Source of the DNA: Nocardioides sp.
GTDB lineage: Bacteria; Actinomycetota; Actinomycetes; Propionibacteriales; Nocardioidaceae
Assembly (NCBI GenBank): GCA_025965275.1
Contig: JAOPXG010000405.1
Span: 1-51,783, forward strand
Direction of reading: 5' to 3'
Length of the DNA: 51,783 nucleotides
The position numbers and the translations under genes are program-made. A model generated the notes under the pieces. It did not search any database and had not been told where the DNA came from. It was given only the letters and a program-made list of their open reading frames with translations. Shown piece by piece: positions 42,896 through 51,783 of the stretch (its first letter is position 1; each line of letters begins with the position of its first letter).

Positions 42896-45262
42896 TCAGC
42901 CCCCGGCCAGTCGCCGCGCGAGGTACGGCGCGGTGACGCTGCCGGAGGACGCCGCGACCTCGGCCGGGGTGCCGGCGGCGACCACCCGCCCACCCGCGCC
43001 GCCTCCCCCCGGTCCCAGGTCGATCACCCAGTCGGCGGTGAGGACCGTGTCGAGGTCGTGCTCGACGACGACGACCGTGTTGCCCGCGTCGACCAGCTGG
43101 TGCAGCTGGCGCTGCAGCAACGCGACGTCCGCCGGGTGCAGCCCGGTGGTCGGCTCGTCGAGCAGGTAGAGCGCGTGTCCGCGACGGGCACGCTGCAGCT
43201 CGGTGGCCAGCTTGATCCGCTGGGCCTCACCGCCACTCAGCTCCGTCGCCGGCTGCCCGAGTCGCAGGTAGCCCAGGCCGACGTCGCGCAGCGTCTCGAG
43301 GCTCCGCGAGGCGGGCGCGACGTCCGCGAGGAACGTGGCGGCATCGTCGACGGACATCGCCAGCACCTCCGCGATGTCCTTCCCGCGGTAGGTGACCTCG
43401 AGCGTCTCGGTGTTGTACCTCGCTCCGTGGCACGTCGAGCAGGGCGCATAGGTCCCGGGCAGGAAGAGCAGCTCGACCGAGACGAACCCCTCACCCTGGC
43501 AGGTCTCGCAGCGCCCCTCGGGCACGTTGAACGAGAACCGCCCCGCGCCGTACCCGCGCGCCCGGGCCTCGTCCGTCGCCGCGAAGAGCCTGCGCACCGC
43601 GTCGAACATCCCGGTGTACGTCGCCAGGTTCGACCGCGGCGTGCGGCCGATCGGCCGCTGGTCGACCAGGACCAGGCGGTCGAACGACTCGTGCACCGCC
43701 GGGTCCTCGGCGAGCACCCCCGTGACCAGCGTCGACTTGCCGGAGCCGGACACGCCGGTCACCGCGGTCAGCACGCAGAGCGGGACGTCGACGGACACGT
43801 CGTCCAGGTTGTGCCGCGAGACGCCGCGCAGCGACAACCAGCCCTGCGGTGTCCGGAGGTCGTGCTCGAAGCGGGGCGACCGCCCGAAGAGGTGGGCGCT
43901 GGTGGCCGACTCCTCGATCTCCTCCAGCCCGGCGACCGGTCCGCTGTAGAGCACCCGGCCGCCGCCCTCACCCGCGCCGGGACCGATGTCGACCACCCAG
44001 TCCGCACGGCGTACGACGTCCAGGTCGTGCTCGACGACGAAGAGCGAGTTGCCCGACGCCTTCAGCCGGTCCAGCACGTCGAGGAGCGGTGCCGCGTCGG
44101 CCGGGTGCAGGCCGGCCGAGGGCTCGTCCAGCACGTAGACGACCCCGAACAGTCCCGAGCGCAGCTGGGTGGCGATCCGCAGCCGCTGGGCCTCGCCCGG
44201 CGAGAGGGTCGTCGAGCTGCGCCCGAGGCTGAGGTAGCCGAGCCCGAGGTCGAGGAGGACGTCGATGCGCGCGACCAGGTCGGCGCAGATCCGGACCGCG
44301 ACCTCGTGCGACTCCTCGGGCTGCTCCGCGCTGGGCCGCAGGAGGGCGACCACCTCGACGAGCGACAGCGCGTTGACCTCGGCGATCGACCGACCCGCGA
44401 ACGTCACGGCCAGCGCCTCGGGGCGCAGCCCGCTGCCGTGGCAGGTGGGGCAGGGAGCATCGCGGACGAACCGCAGCGCCCGCTCGCGCATCCGCTCGCT
44501 CGTGGAGTCGGCGAGCACGTGCATGACGTGCTTGCGGGCGCTCCAGAACTTGCCGTGGTAGCCGTGGTCGACCCGGTCCCGCTCGGGCTTGATCAGCACC
44601 GACGGCTGCTCGTCGGTGAACAGCAGCCAGTCACGGTCCTTCTTCCGCAGCCGGCGCCACGGCGTGTCCACGTCGATCCCGAGTCCGGTGACGATGCTGC
44701 GCAGGTTGGCGCCCTGCCAGGCGCCGGGCCACGCGGCGATCGCGCCGTCGCGGATGCTCAGCGTGGGGTCGGGGACCAGCAGCTCCTCGGTGACGTCGTG
44801 CACGACGCCGAGTCCGTGGCACCGCGGGCAGGCGCCGGCGACGGTGTTCGGCGAGAACGCCTCGGCCGCCAGGTGCTCGGCCCCGGGCGGGTAGTCGCCG
44901 GCCCGCGAGTAGAGCATCCGGAGCAGGTTCGACAGCGTCGTGATCGTCCCGACCGTCGACCGCGAGCTGGGTGCCCCGCGCCGCTGCTGGAGGGCCACGG
45001 CCGGGGGCAGCCCGGTGATCTCCTGCACGTGCGGCGCGCCGACCTGCTGCAGCAGACGGCGGGCGTACGGCGCGACCGACTCGAAGTAGCGGCGCTGCGC
45101 CTCGGCGTACAGCGTGCCGAAGGCGAGCGACGACTTGCCCGACCCGGAGACGCCGGTGAACACGACCATCGCGTCCCGGGGGATGTCGACGTCGACGTCG
45201 CGCAGGTTGTGCTCGCTCGCGCCGCGCACGCGCACGACGTGGTCCATCGGGGGCTCGCTCAC
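42896..45262 (-). CDS. Short class II UvrA-like ABC ATPase (UvrA2/DrrC-like)
   Basis: GASEHNL, two GVSGSGKS Walker A motifs, CPRCHG/CPTCHG/CETC..CSTC zinc motifs, LSPGEAQR and LSGGEAQR; 788 aa with no apparent UvrB-binding insert. Confidence 0.9.
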   Translation of the reverse strand: MSEPPMDHVVRVRGASEHNLRDVDVDIPRDAMVVFTGVSGSGKSSLAFGTLYAEAQRRYFESVAPYARRLLQQVGAPHVQEITGLPPAVALQQRRGAPSSRSTVGTITTLSNLLRMLYSRAGDYPPGAEHLAAEAFSPNTVAGACPRCHGLGVVHDVTEELLVPDPTLSIRDGAIAAWPGAWQGANLRSIVTGLGIDVDTPWRRLRKKDRDWLLFTDEQPSVLIKPERDRVDHGYHGKFWSARKHVMHVLADSTSERMRERALRFVRDAPCPTCHGSGLRPEALAVTFAGRSIAEVNALSLVEVVALLRPSAEQPEESHEVAVRICADLVARIDVLLDLGLGYLSLGRSSTTLSPGEAQRLRIATQLRSGLFGVVYVLDEPSAGLHPADAAPLLDVLDRLKASGNSLFVVEHDLDVVRRADWVVDIGPGAGEGGGRVLYSGPVAGLEEIEESATSAHLFGRSPRFEHDLRTPQGWLSLRGVSRHNLDDVSVDVPLCVLTAVTGVSGSGKSTLVTGVLAEDPAVHESFDRLVLVDQRPIGRTPRSNLATYTGMFDAVRRLFAATDEARARGYGAGRFSFNVPEGRCETCQGEGFVSVELLFLPGTYAPCSTCHGARYNTETLEVTYRGKDIAEVLAMSVDDAATFLADVAPASRSLETLRDVGLGYLRLGQPATELSGGEAQRIKLATELQRARRGHALYLLDEPTTGLHPADVALLQRQLHQLVDAGNTVVVVEHDLDTVLTADWVIDLGPGGGGAGGRVVAAGTPAEVAASSGSVTAPYLARRLAGG

Positions 45263-45309
45263 CCAGCAGCAGTACCCCGTGAGCCGAACCCATGCGCGTC
45301 GCCCGATCC

Positions 45310-45678
45310 TCAGGCCCAGCCGAGCTCCCGCAGCTCGGACTCGGACATGCCCATGGCGTGCCCGACCTCGTGCACCAGCACGGTGCGCACCCGGGCGGGC
45401 ACGTCCTCGAGCCGCGCGCAGACCTCGACGATCGGGATCCGGTAGAGCGTGATCGTGTCCGGCAGCGTGCCGGGTGCCCGCCCGTAGTGCGAGGTGCGCG
45501 GGACGCCGCGGTAGAGGCCCAGCAGCAGGACTCCGGGGCGACGCTCGGACTCGGCCTGCTCGTCCTCGACCAGCACCGCGATCTCGCTGACGACCGGCAG
45601 CACCCAGTCGGGCAGGGAGTCGAGGGCGTCGACGACCATCGCCTCGAAGGCGTCGATCGGCACTGCCCGCGGGTCCAT
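45310..45678 (-). CDS. Minimal zincin metallopeptidase-family protein
   Basis: ALDSLP, LLGLYRGVP, PDTITLYRIPI, HEVGHAMG. Confidence 0.9.
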   Translation of the reverse strand: MDPRAVPIDAFEAMVVDALDSLPDWVLPVVSEIAVLVEDEQAESERRPGVLLLGLYRGVPRTSHYGRAPGTLPDTITLYRIPIVEVCARLEDVPARVRTVLVHEVGHAMGMSESELRELGWA

Positions 45679-45679
45679 G

Positions 45680-45695
45680 GGACCGAGTATGCCGA
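45680..45695 (-). repeat. 16-bp direct repeat, copy 2, containing a leaderless -10 element (CATACT)
   Basis: GGACCGAGTATGCCGA, 1 nt before the zincin ATG. Confidence 0.75.
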
Positions 45696-45707
45696 GCGGC
45701 TGCCTGA

Positions 45708-46433
45708 TCAGGCGCCGCGGCCGAAGTCGAACGTCGCGATCGGGTCGCTGGACGGGCGGGTGGAGCCGCCGGTCGGCTCGAGGGTGATGGCCGCGCCGTT
45801 CGCGGTGGTGGCGTCGCCCACGAGGACGACGGTCTGGTCGCCGCCGGCCGACATGGTGCCTGCGGAGACCCTCCCGGAGGCCGGCTGGTCGAGCCACAGC
45901 TGGTAGACCAGCCCCTCCGGCGCCGGCGGCAGGTGGTGGGTCACGATCACCGCCTGGCCGACGGAGTCGGAGCGCCAGACGGTGGCCTCCCAGCCGCGGT
46001 CGGACTCGACGGTGGTGTGCGCGCGGTCCGCGGCGTGCATGACCTGCGCCGAGGCCGTGACCGGTGCCGGGTCGTCGGACCCGCGACCGACCGTGGCGCC
46101 GACGCCGATCGCGGCGATCAAAGCGGCCGCGGCCGCGAGGGCGACGGGGCCGGTCCGTCGGCGACGACGGACGCGCGCAGCGGTCTGGTCGGTGGTGCGT
46201 GGAGGGAGCGGACGGACCCCCGAGACGTCGCGCACGACGCGGCCCCGCAGGCCGTCCGGAGGAGAGAGCTCCACCGCGGCGGCCAGGAGGACGACCGCCT
46301 CGCGCATGCTCGCGAGCTCGGTCCGGCAGTCGCCGCAGGTCTCCAGATGGTTCTCGAACTCCAGGATCTCGTCGTCGCCGAGGGAGTCGAGCGCGTACGC
46401 ACCGGCGAGGAGGTGGACAACGTGGGTCTGCAC
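45708..46433 (-). CDS. Anti-sigma factor, RskA-like
   Basis: HLLAGAYALD, FENHLETCGDC (HxxxCxxC), PPDGLRGRV, one TM, LPPAPEGLVYQLW, AITLEPTGGSTRPS. Confidence 0.9.
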   Translation of the reverse strand: MQTHVVHLLAGAYALDSLGDDEILEFENHLETCGDCRTELASMREAVVLLAAAVELSPPDGLRGRVVRDVSGVRPLPPRTTDQTAARVRRRRRTGPVALAAAAALIAAIGVGATVGRGSDDPAPVTASAQVMHAADRAHTTVESDRGWEATVWRSDSVGQAVIVTHHLPPAPEGLVYQLWLDQPASGRVSAGTMSAGGDQTVVLVGDATTANGAAITLEPTGGSTRPSSDPIATFDFGRGA

Positions 46434-46459
46434 GGCCTCGCTCCTGTCTGGTACGCCGG

Positions 46460-46508
46460 ACGCGTCGATGCGGCCCCGGTCAGGGACCTGGGCCGCATCG
46501 AGACGCGT
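46460..46508 (-). terminator. Strong hairpin after the lipoprotein gene
   Basis: ACGCG-TCGATGCGGCCC...GGGCCGCATCGA-GACGCGT inverted repeat. Confidence 0.7.
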
Positions 46509-46519
46509 GGTGCTGGGTG

Positions 46520-47194
46520 TTACTTGGAGGTGGTGTTCACCGTGATCTTGGCGATGCCGACCAGCAGGCCGGGCTTCACGGCGTCCGTCTTGAACGTCTG
46601 GTTCAGCAGCGGGGCGGCGTCGGCCGAGATCTCGACCTTGGTGCCCTCGAGGATCGCGTTGCTGCCCTCGGTCTGCAGCGGCTGGAGCGTGCGGCCGTCG
46701 AGCTGGAAGAGGAACGCGTTGGTGACCGCGACCTTGCCGTTGACGGTCACGTCGCCGTAGACCCGCGAGACGCCGGGGTCGACGTTGAAGTTGGTCAGCT
46801 CGACCGTGGTGCCACCGGCGGTCAGCGAGAGACCGGAGCCCTCGTGCTGGATCTGGCCGATGACGTACGGCGAGACCTCGCCGGGCGTGAAGACGGTGAC
46901 GTTGCCGCCGGTGATCGGGAAGATCAGCGAGCCGTCCTCGAGCTTCGCGGTGCCCACGACACCCGGGGTGAGCTTGAGCGCGGTGAGCGCGTCGGTGAAG
47001 CCCTTGTCCAGGGCGATCGCGGTGCTCTCACCCTGCAGGGCGTCGATGGCCGCGACCGGCTTCGGGGCCGAGGCGGAGCTGGAGGAGGAAGACCCCTCCG
47101 AGTCGGACGAGCCGCAGGCGGCGAGCGGACCGGCGAGCAGGGCCACGGTGGCCAGCGCTGCGAGCGTCTTCTTGGGGTTCGAGATGGTGCGCAT
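46520..47194 (-). CDS. Lipoprotein of unknown function, beta-rich (possibly HtaA-like fold)
   Basis: Lipobox LAAC, Ser linker, FPITGG, IQHEGSGL, VELTNFNVD, DAAPLLNQTF; GGGAG RBS. Confidence 0.8.
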   Translation of the reverse strand: MRTISNPKKTLAALATVALLAGPLAACGSSDSEGSSSSSSASAPKPVAAIDALQGESTAIALDKGFTDALTALKLTPGVVGTAKLEDGSLIFPITGGNVTVFTPGEVSPYVIGQIQHEGSGLSLTAGGTTVELTNFNVDPGVSRVYGDVTVNGKVAVTNAFLFQLDGRTLQPLQTEGSNAILEGTKVEISADAAPLLNQTFKTDAVKPGLLVGIAKITVNTTSK

Positions 47195-47241
47195 GTGGCG
47201 CTCCCTACTGATTGGCGTCGTGGTGCTCTGTCGCGGGGTGG

Positions 47242-47268
47242 TTCGCCACCACCCGGGATCCGGATTGG
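47242..47268 (-). promoter_or_regulatory. SigK-type ECF promoter candidate
   Basis: Minus strand CCAATCC-N16-CGAA upstream of lipoprotein and rskA-like genes. Confidence 0.6.
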
Positions 47269-47275
47269 ATCCGGT

Positions 47276-47289
47276 GGGACATTGGTCCC
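47276..47289. promoter_or_regulatory. DosR-like box upstream of the second PNPOx-like gene
   Basis: GGGACATTGGTCCC. Confidence 0.7.
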
Positions 47290-47373
47290 GCCGCCGACGG
47301 ACCGACGCACCTGTCGACCACGGTGTCCTCCATCGGACGATCGAGTGACATCGGGAGGAAGAGAGGCGTGGCC

Positions 47374-47799
47374 ATGGACATCACCGAGACACCGCGGTGG
47401 GCGAGCGGGAAGCTCGTCGACCTGCCCCTGGACGAGTGCACGCAGCTCCTCGCCGAGCGGTCGGTCGGCCGGGTCGCGTGGACCGGGCCGGCGGGGCCGA
47501 CCGTGCTGCCGATCAACTACGTGGTGGTCGACGACGAGATCTGGTTCCGGACGACGGCCCACTCGTCGTTCGCGACCGAGGTCGACGACCAACCCGTGGC
47601 CTTCCAGATCGATGAGGTCGACGAATTCACCCGGTCGGGCTGGAGCGTCCTGGCCCGGGGCACGGCGCACGTCGTGTTCGACACGACCCGGCTGCCGCGG
47701 GCCTGGTCGGGGCCGGAGACGTGGCCGTCGGGCGCGCACGCCCTGTACGTCGTGATCGAGCCACGCCTGGTGACCGGCAAGCGCCTCTTCGCCAGCTGA
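47374..47799 (+). CDS. Pyridoxamine 5'-phosphate oxidase-like protein (paralog of 28844-29266)
   Basis: ECTQLL, VGRVAW, LPINY, WFRT, AFQID, GWSVLARG, VTGKR. Confidence 0.88.
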   Translation: MDITETPRWASGKLVDLPLDECTQLLAERSVGRVAWTGPAGPTVLPINYVVVDDEIWFRTTAHSSFATEVDDQPVAFQIDEVDEFTRSGWSVLARGTAHVVFDTTRLPRAWSGPETWPSGAHALYVVIEPRLVTGKRLFAS

Positions 47800-47875
47800 C
47801 GGCGTCCGTGGCCCCAGGACACGGGACGGTCACCGTGAGGTCACGGAACGATAACGGCCCCGGAGGCCCCGGGAG

Positions 47876-50050
<2,175 letters not shown>

Positions 50051-50118
50051 GTGCTCGGTGCTCCCTCACGACGTACGCCGCTCCCCGCGGCTGACAGTCG
50101 TGAACGTAGACGCGCCAC

Positions 50119-50145
50119 GTGTCGGGATTGTTTCGCGGTCGTCAC
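50119..50145 (-). promoter_or_regulatory. GlnR box upstream of glnN
   Basis: Minus strand GTGAC-N6-GAAAC-N6-GACAC matches the actinobacterial GlnR consensus GTNAC-N6-GAAAC. Confidence 0.8.
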
Positions 50146-50168
50146 AGCCAGCGACCGGGTCGACCGGT

Positions 50169-50630
50169 CTAGAACGTCCCGCTCTGGTTGGTCCTGGACG
50201 GGCAGGTGATGCTCTTCGTGCCGATCGCGCTGGACCAGCCCTTGAGGAAGCCCTGGATGCCGATCGTCCACGTCGTCGCCAGGCCGTCGTACGACCGGGA
50301 CCCGGTGAGCGTCTGCCGCTTGACGGTCGAGGACACCGAGTCCTTGACCGTGCTGCCGATGGCCAGGCCGAAGCCGTACGTCGAGCCCGTCGGGCCCAGG
50401 TCGGTGAACGTGGAGATCGTGACCGACATGTACTCGGTGCTGCCGAACACCGAGCAGCTGTAGGAACCCGTGATCGCGGTCGGGGTCTCCAGCGTGTCCG
50501 TCCCGACGCTCAGCGTGGAGGGCTTCGAGGAGGTGAACTGCGCGTACGCCACGGCCGGGACCACCAGGAGACAGAGCACGACCAGGAGGACCGAGGCTGC
50601 CCGACGGCAGTGGTCGAACCAGGGCGTCAA
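50169..50630 (-). CDS. Small secreted Ser/Thr-rich protein with a possible SipW-class signal peptide
   Basis: GGAG RBS and TTG start at 50630 (uncertain); hydrophobic leader ending AYA-QFTSS; two Cys in the mature part. Confidence 0.7.
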   Translation of the reverse strand: MTPWFDHCRRAASVLLVVLCLLVVPAVAYAQFTSSKPSTLSVGTDTLETPTAITGSYSCSVFGSTEYMSVTISTFTDLGPTGSTYGFGLAIGSTVKDSVSSTVKRQTLTGSRSYDGLATTWTIGIQGFLKGWSSAIGTKSITCPSRTNQSGTF

Positions 50631-50744
50631 GGGGTCTCCGGACTCGGGGCGTGGGGGTGGCTGTGGACTCCAGTCTCCGGGGCGGGGCTCAAGCGGGTCG
50701 CGAGTGCAACTCAAGAAACCTTCAAGAAATGACATGATCGCGTC

Positions 50745-51488
50745 ATGGGGACTCGCGTTAGCAACGACCGTCGCGCCGTGGTCGTCGAGGACGACGAGGA
50801 CATTCGGGCGCTGATCGAGTTCACACTGGCGCAACAAGGCTTTGACGTCGTCGCCGTGGACTCCGGTCTGGCGGGTGTCGAAGCCGTCCGCGAGCACCAG
50901 CCCGACCTGGTCACGCTCGACCTCGGGCTGCCCGGCATCGACGGCATCGAGGCCTGTCGCCGGATCCGCGAGATCAGCGATGCCTACGTCGTGATGATCA
51001 CCGCCCGCGACGACGAGATCGACCGGCTCCTGGGACTCGAGACCGGCGCCGACGACTTCATCGCGAAGCCGTTCAGCGCCCGCGAGCTCAAGGCCCGGGT
51101 CAACGCGATGTTCCGCCGGCCGCGCACCGGCGTGCCGTCGAGCAACGGGACGGCGCCCGCCTCCGTCGTCGACGACGACAACGAGGTGCTGGTGCACGGC
51201 GCGCTGCGGGTCGACGTCGACGGCCGGCGCGCCTTTCGCGACGACGACGAGCTGGTGCTGACCCGCACCGAGTTCGACCTGCTCACCGAGCTGATGCGCA
51301 CGCCGGCGCGGGTCTGGACCCGCGAGGCGCTGCTGCGCTCGGTCTGGGGCACGGAGTGGGCCTCCGACACGCACCTGGTCGAGGTCCACATCGGCAACCT
51401 GCGCCGCAAGCTCGGGGAGACGCGGGGCGAGGTGCGGTTCATCCGCACCGTGCGCGGGGTGGGCTACCGGATGGAGCTTCCCGTCTAG
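50745..51488 (+). CDS. OmpR/PhoB-family response regulator
   Basis: VVEDD, LDLGLPGIDG, MITAR, GADDFIAKPFS, LTRTEFDLL, EVHIGNLRRKL, IRTVRGVGY. Confidence 0.95.
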   Translation: MGTRVSNDRRAVVVEDDEDIRALIEFTLAQQGFDVVAVDSGLAGVEAVREHQPDLVTLDLGLPGIDGIEACRRIREISDAYVVMITARDDEIDRLLGLETGADDFIAKPFSARELKARVNAMFRRPRTGVPSSNGTAPASVVDDDNEVLVHGALRVDVDGRRAFRDDDELVLTRTEFDLLTELMRTPARVWTREALLRSVWGTEWASDTHLVEVHIGNLRRKLGETRGEVRFIRTVRGVGYRMELPV

Positions 51489-51503
51489 CTCAGCCGGACA
51501 GGC

Positions 51504-51783
51504 TCAGTCGGACAAGAAGGCCGCGAACGCGTCGTCGGCGCGGTGCTCGGCATCGGCGAGCCCCTGGGCCGCGACCCTCGCACCGGCGAGGTCGGAGGCG
51601 CGGAGACGCTCCTCGATGCGGGTGCTCACCGCGCAGAGCTCCTCGGCGCCGAGCGTGCAGGAAGAGGTGCGGAGGCTGAGAACGGCGTCCATGACCTCCT
51701 TGTGGTCGTCGCCGAGCATCGCCGACTCGATCCGGCGTACGCGCCCGGGGAGGAGCCGCTGGAAGCGGGCCACGAAGTCGAGC
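51504..51783 (-). CDS. Hpt-like domain protein (5' end outside the window)
   Basis: F---F---LP-R---I, DAVLSLRTSSCTLGAEEL: Hpt-like helical pattern without the canonical His. Confidence 0.72.
   Translation of the reverse strand, partial: LDFVARFQRLLPGRVRRIESAMLGDDHKEVMDAVLSLRTSSCTLGAEELCAVSTRIEERLRASDLAGARVAAQGLADAEHRADDAFAAFLSD

Overview
High-GC actinobacterial DNA; gene content and style resemble Nocardioides or a relative (inference). Left part (1-19.2 kb) looks accessory. It holds a degenerate IS5-family end and a five-gene aromatic module: a LigM/DesA-type THF-dependent demethylase plus MetF, converging on a split PEP-synthase-like phenol-phosphorylase pair plus IclR, with the same GTTCG-N7-CGAAC operator in front of both arms. 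It also holds a large membrane patatin-like phospholipase, a broken two-component system, and a ROK-controlled rare-sugar ABC/ketose 3-epimerase/kinase operon ending in a transaldolase relic. Next comes a GtrABC-like glycosylation cassette (19.3-22.9 kb). A roughly 17 kb DosS/DosR-type hypoxia island follows (five tandem USPs, CBS, flavodoxin, Acg, PNPOx-like, ackA, phosphoketolase, ppdK, P-type ATPase and esterase relics) with many DosR-like boxes. The right part has a BBE-like FAD oxidase, UbiA-family protein, class II UvrA, zincin, an anti-sigma RskA with a lipoprotein under a SigK-like promoter, GlnR-boxed type III glutamine synthetase, a secreted protein, an OmpR-type regulator and a His-less Hpt-like protein. 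No rRNA, tRNA or CRISPR array was seen. All calls come from motif recognition by eye; no searches were run.
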